This document shows, piece after piece, positions 17,919-25,680 of a DNA stretch of 32,000 nucleotides (positions within the stretch are counted from its first letter, which is position 1; every line of letters starts with the position of its first letter). The DNA comes from Halogeometricum borinquense DSM 11551 (GTDB lineage Archaea; Halobacteriota; Halobacteria; Halobacteriales; Haloferacaceae): positions 120,001 to 152,000 of the forward strand of contig NC_014736.1 in NCBI RefSeq assembly GCF_000172995.2. Reading direction: 5' to 3'. The notes under the pieces were generated by a model, which saw nothing but the letters and a program-made list of their open reading frames with translations, was not told the DNA's origin and did no database searches. Made by a program: the position numbers and the translations under genes.

Positions 17919-19136
17919 TCACGGTGCGTGTTCGTGCGCAGAAACGCCCTCAGATTCGGGACTGTACATGAGGTACGCTTGGACCGCAAACACCAACGTG
18001 AAGCCAGCGTTCAACCACGTCGTGTAGCCACGGGGGGCTGTCCCTCCGACCTGTCCTTGGGGCGGAATCAAACCCAGACCACCCCACAAATAGTGGATGA
18101 CGACACCAGAAACGACGGCAGTAGCGAAGATCGAAACGAAAAGCACGCCCGCAATCCGCAATCCGTAGTATCGTCGGTAGGCGTCGTCAATCGTCGGAAC
18201 GATGAGGTCTGCAAAGATGAACGACATGACGCCGCCGAAGGCGATGCCATTATTCCAGAGAATAACCGCGAAGGGAACGTTCCCAACGGAACAGACGAAC
18301 GTGACGATACCGACGACCACGCCGATTACCGCGCTTGCGAATATCCAGCCGAAAGTTCCCTGGGTTCCGATGCCGAACAGCGTCGTCCACCACGCCCGAG
18401 GGACGAACGCGCCGATCAGACCGGCGACGAGGAATCCCGCGACGATGTCCTTCCAGAGCATCTGCCACTCCCCGATAGCGTTTCGTGAAACTGCTTTCCA
18501 ACCGCCGACAGTCAGCAGTCGCTCCCGCCACGTGCCTTGCTGTTGTTCCTGGTACCGCCGCTTACACTCCGCAGAACAGAAGTACTCCGTCCCGCCGCTC
18601 GTCTCCAGCGTGACGGTATCCGTCTCTGTTGGGTCCACTTCCATGCCACAGACGGGGTCCCGAATACCCTCCTGATTCTGTAAGTACTCACGAGCGACAG
18701 TGAACCAGCCGTCCGGAACGATGTACTTGAAGATGAATGCGAGGAGTACGATGAGGATGACGCCAGCAACGTAATCGGCAATTACGAACTCCCAGCCGAG
18801 CAGAATCCACATCACGAGTCCGAGTTCGATCACGAGGTTCGTACTGGCGAACTGGAACGCCGCGAGACTCGCAACCGGGGAAGCACCCTTCTTGAACAGC
18901 GATTTCGTCGTAGCGACCGCACCGAACGAACAACTCGACGACGCAGCCCCGAACAGCGAACCCAGACCCAGTTCTCGCAGGCCGCTGCCACCGAGAACCT
19001 GCGTCATCTTCTCCTCGCTCACAAACGCCTCCACCGCCCCCGCTATCGTAAATCCGAGGACGAGAGCCCACCACGTCTCCCAGAACATCTCGCCGCCGAG
19101 GCGAAGCCCCTCAACGAAGGTCTCACTAACGCTCAT
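17919..19136 (-). CDS. UPF0718/ArsP-type permease with an inserted YHS (TRASH-like) metal-binding domain; probable metal transporter
   Basis: 405 aa. The N-half reads FWETWWALVLGFTIAGAVEAFVS...GLGSLFGAASSSCSFGAVATTKSLFKKGA, which is typical of the predicted permease family. The central soluble insert is DPVCGMEVDPTETDTVTLETSGGTEYFCSAECKRRY (approx 18537-18659), a YHS-domain signature. A second membrane half follows. Confidence 0.75.
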   Translation of the reverse strand: MSVSETFVEGLRLGGEMFWETWWALVLGFTIAGAVEAFVSEEKMTQVLGGSGLRELGLGSLFGAASSSCSFGAVATTKSLFKKGASPVASLAAFQFASTNLVIELGLVMWILLGWEFVIADYVAGVILIVLLAFIFKYIVPDGWFTVAREYLQNQEGIRDPVCGMEVDPTETDTVTLETSGGTEYFCSAECKRRYQEQQQGTWRERLLTVGGWKAVSRNAIGEWQMLWKDIVAGFLVAGLIGAFVPRAWWTTLFGIGTQGTFGWIFASAVIGVVVGIVTFVCSVGNVPFAVILWNNGIAFGGVMSFIFADLIVPTIDDAYRRYYGLRIAGVLFVSIFATAVVSGVVIHYLWGGLGLIPPQGQVGGTAPRGYTTWLNAGFTLVFAVQAYLMYSPESEGVSAHEHAP

Positions 19137-19284
19137 GGGTTGTCACCGGTGCTCGAATATTCACGACCGAGACGGATAACGGGCGGTGTGACGGTGTCGA
19201 GCGCAGTATGGTGAGCTGACGGAAAGATTTCAATCGGAGACACAGGTGTTGAAGCAACGCTAGTCGGTTGTATCATTTGTATGA

Positions 19285-19316
19285 TTTTTTTTTGGTTTTC
19301 GTTCGAAACGAAAACC
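19285..19316. repeat. T9 run immediately followed by a 10-bp-stem hairpin
   Basis: TTTTTTTTT (19285-19293) is followed by GGTTTTCGTT (19294-19303), a CGA loop, and AACGAAAACC (19307-19316), which is a perfect complement. It lies in the 210-nt spacer between the pncB stop (19347) and the permease start (19136), both on the minus strand. Confidence 0.7.
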
Positions 19317-19346
19317 CGAGCCGATAAAACTGTTCTATCAATTTAA

Positions 19347-20715
19347 TCAGGTGAACTGACTTTCAAGTTGTTGGCGTAGTTCCGTCGTCTGAGTATCCAA
19401 CTCCGGACTAATTCGAACCTCGTAGGTCGTCGGGTTTTCGAGTGTACGAGCCTCCACTGGGATTTTTTCGACGTTTCGAAGTGCGAACTCCTGAACCGTC
19501 TGAAGGTCGGGAAAGTCGTAGACGATGTCGCCGTCTTCGATGACAGAAACGAGCAGTTCGTCACCGTCGTGGTCCTCCTTCTGGGGGGTGAGCGTATCAT
19601 AGGCGTACGAGCCATCCCGCTCGACGCGATAAATGCTCTTTGCGCCGGGGTACGTTGCCTTCCCGGTCGAGAGCTTCATACTCGGCCGCATCTCACCGTC
19701 TCGTTCGATTGCGACGAGTTTGTAGACCCCTTCAACCTTCGGTGCATCGGTGCTGGTCACGAGCGCTGTTCCCGGCCCAAATCCAGTCCCGACTCCACCA
19801 CTCGTCAGGAAGTCTCGTATTTTGAATTCATCGACGCCGGAGGAAACGAAGATATCAGTATCTCCGAGAAGTTCGTTCACTTCCTTCGAGAGCGCCGTGA
19901 GATTTCCCGAATCGAGTCGGACACCCGCTACATCAATGTCTCGCTTGTCGGCAACATCACGCGCGGTTTCGGCACCAGCGACGGTGTCGTACGTATCGAT
20001 GAGGAGGATCGAGTCCTCCCCGTACTCATCGACGAAGGCCTCAAAGGCAGCACGCTCGGTTGCGAAGCTTTGGATCCACGAATGAGCCATCGTACCGTAG
20101 ATCGGAATCCCAAACGCTTCTCCAGCCGCGACGTTCGAGGTTCCATCGAAACCGCCGATATAGGCCGCTCGCGCCGCTTTCATCCCGGCATCGCTCCCGT
20201 GTGCACGTCGTGAGCCGAAGTCCACGAGAGACTGGTCGTCACCGTGCCGCTCAATCGTGTCTCGCATGCGCGCAGCTTTCGTCGCAATCAGACTCTGGTA
20301 GCCGATCTGATTGATGGCAATGGTCTCGAGTAGTTGCCCCTGTAAGATCGGGGCAGTCACCTCCAATAGCGGTTCGTTGGGGAAGACGGGTTCCCCCTCG
20401 GGAAGCGCCCGGACGTCACCTGTGAACTCTAGCGTTTCGAGTTTCGACAGAAACTCCTCTTCGAATCCGTGCTCTGTGAGATAGTCGATTGCCCGCTCCC
20501 CGAACGACAGCGTCTCAATGTAGTGAATCGCTTGCTCCAATCCGACTGCGAGCATGTAGCCTCGATTCGGCGGTAGATCTCTGAAGAAGAGATCGAACGT
20601 CGCCGTCGGATTATGGTTCTGGTGGAAGTACCCCCTGCATCATCGTCAACTCGTAAAGATCTGTAAAGAGCGACAGGTTTTCGGGGGTGATGTAGCCGTA
20701 GTCTGTGTCACTCAT
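19347..20715 (-). pseudogene. pncB: nicotinate phosphoribosyltransferase gene interrupted by a 1-nt frameshift in a homopolymer (pseudogene, sequencing error or recoding)
   Basis: The N-terminal piece from ATG 20715 reads MSDTDYGYITPENLSLFTDLYELTMMQG, then VLPPEP-stop at 20611. The rest (track ORF 19347..20555, frame open further upstream) reads ...MLAVGLEQAIHYIETL...SLVDFGSRRAHG...GTMAHSWIQSF.... Deleting one C from the C5 run at 20631-20635 gives a continuous ...LTMMQGYFHQNHNPTATFDLFFRDLPPNRGYMLAVGLEQ..., as expected for this enzyme family. Confidence 0.85.
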
Positions 20716-20834
20716 AGCGTGTAATTGTCTAGCAATCCGATTAAAGTCCGTGATGAGTGCTCCCATCCCGAAGGACGGCGGTGGTGGATGATACCGGCGA
20801 CTCAATACGCACCCCATCCGAGAATCATCGATAG

Positions 20835-21914
20835 TCACGGTACGAATAAGAGTACGAGCGGGCCGAGTAAGAGCGATAGAACAAATCCCACGAACAGTCG
20901 GCGATCAGTGAGGAGGCGGTCGTGGAACACGGCGATTAGACGGCTGTAGCTGTCATGGACGACGAGCGCAATCAGTGTCACAAGCGTTGCAGTTACGAGC
21001 AGTACGAGCACGACTGCGACGCCGACAGCCGATTCGAGGAGAATCGCCACGACCAGCGTGTCAAATAGCGTCCCGAGATTTGCGCCGAGTACGTACGGAA
21101 TGAGTTCATCCCGCTTGACATAGCCACGGTTGTATAGAGGAACGATAACGCCGAGTGAGAACGCAACACTCGTGGTCACACCGGTGACTAACAGGCCGAT
21201 ACCGAACGAAACCCACGTGTTTCGGAGGTGACGAAAAAACCGGTCGCGGAGTGTCGCCGTATCAACGCTCGTGAGGAGGCGATCAAACAGTCTCAGACTG
21301 CCAAACAGTATCCCAACGGCCAAAAGAAAAGATAGCAGTGGTCCGATACGAGTCGTGATAGCAACGGTGAGCGGGTGGAAAAACGAAAGCGGCTGCGATC
21401 TGAGGGTCCACCCAGAGCTGACGGAATAAAAGGGGCCACGAAAGTATGGGAGTGCGATGTATCCCAAAACGGTGACCGGGACGTACACCGAGTGAGTCAA
21501 AAGGAAGGTAAGGAGGCCCATACTGACTGATTTCTGCAGGGAGTACCGTTCCTTCTGGAAATAATCGAGAACGCCGATGAACACAACGATGGCTGCAGCA
21601 CCGAGACGTGAGCCAGCGACCATCAGAAACAGTTGCGGGACAGAAACGATACCGGCGGAGAAAAAAGAGAGGGAGAGTGCCGCGATTACTGATCCATTGG
21701 CGAGGACATATGTCCCGAACCAACTGAGGCCAAGAGTAGCGGTATCCTCCACCGAAATACGGGAGAATACAGGTTTGAGAACCGGTGCTGCGGCGTCTGT
21801 GGCCGTCCCCAATAGCTGGACGGCAAACAAGAACAGCAAGATCGTTACAAGGGCACTAATCGGAAGCAGACGAGAAAATAGCGGAGCGAGAAGATCAGAT
21901 AGACGAGAGCTCAC
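20835..21914 (-). CDS. Na+/phosphate-cotransporter-family-like membrane protein
   Basis: 359 aa, polytopic. The repeated half-motifs (SWFGTYVLANGSVIAALSLSFFSAGI...AGSRLGAAAIV and TSVAFSLGVIVPLYNRGY...VLGANLGTLFDTLVVA) resemble the duplicated Na/Pi cotransporter (NptA-type) signature GAN(I/L)GT. Confidence 0.55.
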   Translation of the reverse strand: MSSRLSDLLAPLFSRLLPISALVTILLFLFAVQLLGTATDAAAPVLKPVFSRISVEDTATLGLSWFGTYVLANGSVIAALSLSFFSAGIVSVPQLFLMVAGSRLGAAAIVVFIGVLDYFQKERYSLQKSVSMGLLTFLLTHSVYVPVTVLGYIALPYFRGPFYSVSSGWTLRSQPLSFFHPLTVAITTRIGPLLSFLLAVGILFGSLRLFDRLLTSVDTATLRDRFFRHLRNTWVSFGIGLLVTGVTTSVAFSLGVIVPLYNRGYVKRDELIPYVLGANLGTLFDTLVVAILLESAVGVAVVLVLLVTATLVTLIALVVHDSYSRLIAVFHDRLLTDRRLFVGFVLSLLLGPLVLLFVP

Positions 21915-22015
21915 GTGGGATGCATCTCTCTTGCGATTCTCAACTCATATGCTGAAGGCGGTGGTCAGCCGAGCAACCAGACCCACAAGCATGGTGAAGA
22001 CGTATATTTCCCGTT

Positions 22016-22438
22016 CTAGACTGGCTGCGCTTTAACGACGATTACGTCTCTGTCAGCTAGCTCTGCGACTTTTCCACCGACTCCCGAAAAGTGCTCTGTA
22101 TGGTCTCCGTGCTCCCCGATGACGATAGCATCAGCGTCCACTTCCGCGGCATACTCGAGGATCACTTCGTGTGGGATGCCGTGCCGGATACCGCCTTCGA
22201 CGCGGACGTTGCTCTTCTCCGCCATATCTGCGACCTTCGAGACACACATCGACGCGTGATCCTCTGCGTAGATAGTTGCAAGTTCCGCAGAGCTGAGGGC
22301 AGGGTTGTCGAAGCGCCGTTTATCAACGACACAGAGAGCATACAAAGGAACTCCCTGCTCCTCGGCAAGTTCGATAGCCTGTTTTGCCGCCTGCTGTGCG
22401 TGTTCGCTCCCGTCCGTGGCCAACAGGATCGGTTTCAT
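22016..22438 (-). CDS. universal stress protein (single UspA domain)
   Basis: 140 aa. MKPILLATDGSEHAQQAAKQAIELA...ADAIVIGEHGDHTEHFSGVGGKVAELADRDVIVV. Confidence 0.9.
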   Translation of the reverse strand: MKPILLATDGSEHAQQAAKQAIELAEEQGVPLYALCVVDKRRFDNPALSSAELATIYAEDHASMCVSKVADMAEKSNVRVEGGIRHGIPHEVILEYAAEVDADAIVIGEHGDHTEHFSGVGGKVAELADRDVIVVKAQPV

Positions 22439-22535
22439 AGTCGGATTTCGATGCCGAGCGAGTTAATGGTCTAGCATAATTCTTAATGGTCCGGAATCCG
22501 TTTGGGGGCCAGACTATCGACCTATGTGATATATT

Positions 22536-22575
22536 ATATCAACTACGGTGCTTACATATCAACCACGGTGCTCAC
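22536..22575. repeat. two tandem 20-bp direct repeats in the usp / coaD divergent intergenic region
   Basis: ATATCAACTACGGTGCTTAC (22536-22555) is immediately followed by ATATCAACCACGGTGCTCAC (22556-22575), matching 18/20. A 13-bp A/T palindrome GATATATTATATC (22528-22540) lies just upstream. The repeats sit 53-92 nt upstream of the coaD ATG. Confidence 0.85.
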
Positions 22576-22627
22576 TCAATTGTCACAGACCCGTGGACAT
22601 ACAGCGGTTGGCAACTAGTAGTGAAAT

Positions 22628-23146
22628 ATGGCTCACTCCGAATGGATTACGATAGTCGGCGGTACGTTCACACCAATCCACAACGGTCATCGCACCCTCT
22701 TGCACAAAGCGTTCCAGACCGCTAGTCACAACGGGAGTGGAGACGGACACGTTATCGTCGGTCTCACCTCGACATCCCTCGCTACGCAGACACGGAGCGA
22801 TCCATCGCACGCCAAAATGATTGGTCCGTTCGAGAAACGACGCGAGGATCTCGATGCAGAACTCGACCGCATGGCCAATGCCTATACTGCTACCTACGAA
22901 ATCATTCAGCTAGCGGACACCCACGGACCGGCCGCAACACGTGAGGACGCTAATGCGCTTGTCGTCTCGCCGGAGGCGGAAGCACAGCGCCGTGCCTATG
23001 AACTTAATCAGCAACGCATGGATGCTGGACTGCAACCGCTCGAGGTGCACACCGCACCGTTCGTCATCGCCGAAGACGGTACCCGAATCAGCAGTACTCG
23101 TATTCGAGATGGCGAGATAGATGTCCACGGACGCATACTGGAGTAG
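22628..23146 (+). CDS. coaD: phosphopantetheine adenylyltransferase, archaeal type (cytidylyltransferase-like fold)
   Basis: 172 aa. VGGTFTPIHNGHRTLL (nucleotidyltransferase HxGH motif), ALVVSPE, and C-terminal ISSTRIRDGEID. Size and motif order are as in archaeal PPAT. Confidence 0.7.
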   Translation: MAHSEWITIVGGTFTPIHNGHRTLLHKAFQTASHNGSGDGHVIVGLTSTSLATQTRSDPSHAKMIGPFEKRREDLDAELDRMANAYTATYEIIQLADTHGPAATREDANALVVSPEAEAQRRAYELNQQRMDAGLQPLEVHTAPFVIAEDGTRISSTRIRDGEIDVHGRILE

Positions 23147-23181
23147 GTACAATCGTAGAGCGCGAGTGATAACAGCGATCA

Positions 23182-23571
23182 CTAGCTCGGAGGGGTATCC
23201 TGCGCGTCGTTCACGACGTACCACCCGAACACAGCGAGAACCGCGCCGAGCAGGCTGGCAAGGACATCTGCAAGTTCAAATGCTCGTCCGGGGACGTATT
23301 TCTGGATTTGCCCAGTGACGAGACTGTGCGTTGTTGAGATAGACACTGCAAGGACGGCCGCTTCCGCATCGGTATATCGATCACGCCCGAGTGCGTCGGC
23401 AAGCGTCACTGCATAGACTGCATGGCCGAGAAGGTGCAGGAACTTGTCCGGGCCAATCCACTTCCACTCGGGATGACGCCTAAGCGGGGATGGCACGACA
23501 GACGCGACGAAAAGAACGACCGTGCCAATGATAACTGCCGTCCATCGAGAGCCAGAGGACTGGTACCGCAT
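23182..23571 (-). CDS. VanZ-like family membrane protein
   Basis: 129 aa with 4 TM. DKFLHLLGHAVYAVTLA...HSLVTGQIQKYVPGRAFELADVLASLLGAVLAV matches the VanZ-like pattern (DK..H...Y......E..Q...pgR......D...N..G). Confidence 0.7.
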   Translation of the reverse strand: MRYQSSGSRWTAVIIGTVVLFVASVVPSPLRRHPEWKWIGPDKFLHLLGHAVYAVTLADALGRDRYTDAEAAVLAVSISTTHSLVTGQIQKYVPGRAFELADVLASLLGAVLAVFGWYVVNDAQDTPPS

Positions 23572-23603
23572 AGCGTTTCCTACGTCGCGTAGCCTATTGA
23601 TGT

Positions 23604-23657
23604 TTGACAGAGGGAGGTTAGTTGACAGAGAGAGGTTAGTTGACGGAGGGGGGTTAG
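23604..23657. repeat. three tandem 18-bp repeats between orc1 stop and VanZ start
   Basis: TTGACAGAGGGAGGTTAG (23604-23621), TTGACAGAGAGAGGTTAG (23622-23639) and TTGACGGAGGGGGGTTAG (23640-23657) are followed by a partial GCGGACAG. Purine-rich on the + strand. Confidence 0.9.
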
Positions 23658-23717
23658 GCGGACAGATTGCTTCCTACTGATGGCGCTTCCTCGGTGGGTG
23701 CCAGAGACATCAAAACG

Positions 23718-24968
23718 TCAATTTGTTTGGTCCCTGAGATTCTCGAATCGAGGATCAGAAAGAAGAACTCGTTTGACGATACGTGGCTCCTCAAGCAGCC
23801 GATGGCGACCGTGAATACCTTGACCTCGCCCTCGACCTTTGACCTCTGATTGAATCACATTCAAAAAGTCGAGTTCCTTGAGAATCTCCTGAACACGGCG
23901 TTCCGATAGTTGGTCCATGTCCAGTGAATTCGCAATACTGAGGTATTGACGGTAAACGTTGCTCGTTGTGACCTTCGCGCCTTGATCACCCTCTGTCTGC
24001 AAAACGAGCGCGTAAAGAATAACCTTAGATTGAGAGGTCTGGCCGTCGAGGAGTTCACGGAACCGGTCCGTTTCTGTTTTCTCCTTGGCCGCACGGACGT
24101 GGTCTTCGGTCACTTTTTCGGCGTCTTCTTTTGTTGCTATGCGACCGGCATTGCGGAGGATGTCAATCGCTTTCCGAGCGTCCCCGTGTTCCTGTGCAGC
24201 GAGTGCGCTCGTGAGCGGGATAACGTCATCAGTCAAAGCGCCCTCTTCGAAGGCGTGCGTCCGGTTTCGCAGTATCTCCCGGAGTTCGTTCGCATCGTAC
24301 GAAGAGAACACTAACTCGTCGTGCGCGAAGCTGGATTTGACACGCTCAGTGAGTTCATCGGGGAAATCAATTTTGTTCGAGACGCCAATAATACCGAGAC
24401 GCGAATCGACGATTCGCTGATTCTCACCTGCTCGAGAGAGTTTCCGGAGAACTTCGTCGTCTTGGAGCATATCTATCTCGTCGAGGACGACGATAGTGAC
24501 ATCCGAACACGTGTCGAGGACCCGCCAGAGTCGGTTGTAGTAGTCCCCCGTAGAGAGTCCTCGTTCGGGGATGGTCATCCCGCTTTTCGACGGATCGTTT
24601 ACGGATGACGCGAGCGTTTTGATGACGGAGGCCTCTGTATTCTGCTCTCCGCAGTCTACAGTCGCAACACGGACAGTAACACCTTCATTCTGAGCCTCTT
24701 GTTGAAGGCGGCGTGAGACCATGCGTGCTGTCAGCGTCTTCCCGGAACCCGTTTTCCCGAAAATAAACAGATGAGTCGGAGACTGACCGAAAATAGCAGG
24801 ATTCAGTGCTTCCGCAACTTGTGCCATATGTTCGTCACGACCCACAATCTTGTCGGGACCAGGGAGGTGTGAGATCTCAAGAATCTCCTTGTTCGCAAAA
24901 ATTGGCTGATCGTATCTGAAGAGAGGGTCACGTTCATCGGTTGTCGATTCGCTGTTTTCCCCGTTCAT
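23718..24968 (-). CDS. orc1: Orc1/Cdc6 replication initiator (AAA+ plus winged helix)
   Basis: 416 aa. LPGPDKIVGRDEHMAQV, Walker A GKTGSGKT, Walker B VVLDEIDML, sensor region IGVSN, HGDARKAIDILRNAG, and a C-terminal winged-helix region (SERRVQEILKELDFLNVI). An origin-like repeat array lies directly upstream. Confidence 0.95.
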   Translation of the reverse strand: MNGENSESTTDERDPLFRYDQPIFANKEILEISHLPGPDKIVGRDEHMAQVAEALNPAIFGQSPTHLFIFGKTGSGKTLTARMVSRRLQQEAQNEGVTVRVATVDCGEQNTEASVIKTLASSVNDPSKSGMTIPERGLSTGDYYNRLWRVLDTCSDVTIVVLDEIDMLQDDEVLRKLSRAGENQRIVDSRLGIIGVSNKIDFPDELTERVKSSFAHDELVFSSYDANELREILRNRTHAFEEGALTDDVIPLTSALAAQEHGDARKAIDILRNAGRIATKEDAEKVTEDHVRAAKEKTETDRFRELLDGQTSQSKVILYALVLQTEGDQGAKVTTSNVYRQYLSIANSLDMDQLSERRVQEILKELDFLNVIQSEVKGRGRGQGIHGRHRLLEEPRIVKRVLLSDPRFENLRDQTN

Positions 24969-25303
24969 CCGTATCCACTTTCTGTATATGCGATTAGATA
25001 AAGATAGGGGACCAGTTCCGCGGGTGTAAAACGAGGGTTTCAGGAACTAATTATCCGAGAATACACAGATACAGTGAGTTTAGACGAGGGGACTACCGTC
25101 GCGTGTGTAAGAACCAGTATCAGAGACCACCTTCACGTCTGTAACTCAGATAGAGGGTAGCTCAAGAGACCGTCGTGTCTGTAAATGAGGGGGTACCGTC
25201 GCGTTTGTAAGTAGGGTACGGTCGTGTTTGTAACAACACGGACACCACCCTCGCGTCTGTAAACGACACAGAACCCATCAGGCCCACTCATCAGATGGTT
25301 TTG

Positions 25304-25331
25304 GGATAGTTGTCAGTGGATAGTTGTCAGT
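25304..25331. repeat. perfect tandem duplication of a 14-mer inside the origin-like region
   Basis: GGATAGTTGTCAGT (25304-25317) is repeated exactly at 25318-25331. Confidence 0.9.
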
Positions 25332-25367
25332 GTAGCAGAACTCACGAATTGAATGGTTTTCATCATC

Positions 25368-25393
25368 ACACACACCACCCTCGCGTTTGTAAC
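25368..25393 (+). promoter_or_regulatory. long ORB-like element, left arm of a 26-bp perfect inverted repeat
   Basis: ACACACACCACCCTCGCGTTTGTAAC is followed 8 nt later by the double G-string GTGGGGGGTGGGGGGTG (25401-25417). Confidence 0.7.
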
Positions 25394-25502
25394 GCAAAGA
25401 GTGGGGGGTGGGGGGTGCGGAATTGGCCTGTCAAACGGCTTCCTCTGCCAGATTTACAAACGCGAAGGTGGTGTGTTGATTTCTCCCCACTACCCAATAG
25501 TA

Positions 25503-25528
25503 GTTACAAACGCGAGGGTGGTGTGTGT
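25503..25528 (-). promoter_or_regulatory. long ORB-like element, right arm of the 26-bp perfect inverted repeat
   Basis: GTTACAAACGCGAGGGTGGTGTGTGT is the exact reverse complement of 25368-25393. A third long copy in the same orientation lies at 25453-25474 (20/22 match). Confidence 0.7.
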
Positions 25529-25564
25529 ACGCCACAGCCTTCTCCGTTTAGTACCCCTGCGAGA

Positions 25565-25680
25565 GATAGTGTTCTCACATATCTTACTTGTCACTAACAA
25601 ATCCTAGTTAACAACTACTAGTTAACTTACTAGAAATCAATTCACAAAAAGAGTAAGTGAAGACTTACAGACGCTACTAT
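25565..25680. other. AT-rich tract (candidate duplex-unwinding element or terminator zone)
   Basis: Roughly one-third G+C by eye. It contains CTAGTTAAC twice (25604-25612 and 25618-25626) and lies between the last ORB-like repeat and the stop (25706) of the giant gene. Confidence 0.4.

Larger units (their letters stand above)
25018..25528. repeat. array of about 10 ORB/iteron-like repeats upstream of orc1 (putative replication origin)
   Basis: The shared core is (C/G)GTCG(C/T)GT(N)TGTAA(C/G), often preceded by a G-tract or by ACACCACCC. The TGTAA of direct copies starts at 25025, 25106, 25140, 25180, 25206, 25229, 25258 and 25388. Inverted copies are at 25453-25474 and 25503-25524. The best consensus is ACACCACCCTCGCGTTTGTAAC. 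Confidence 0.75.

Noticed and set aside
23165-23183. Hairpin AGTGAT-AACAGCG-ATCACT between the convergent coaD and VanZ genes, considered as a terminator.
   Set aside because: It has only a 6-bp stem, overlaps the VanZ stop codon and has no T-tract. It is too weak to report as a feature.
25018-25528. The repeat cluster upstream of orc1 considered as a CRISPR array.
   Set aside because: The repeats are degenerate, irregularly spaced (23 to 130 bp) and present in both orientations. They lie next to an initiator gene and no cas genes are visible. This fits an origin/iteron architecture instead.
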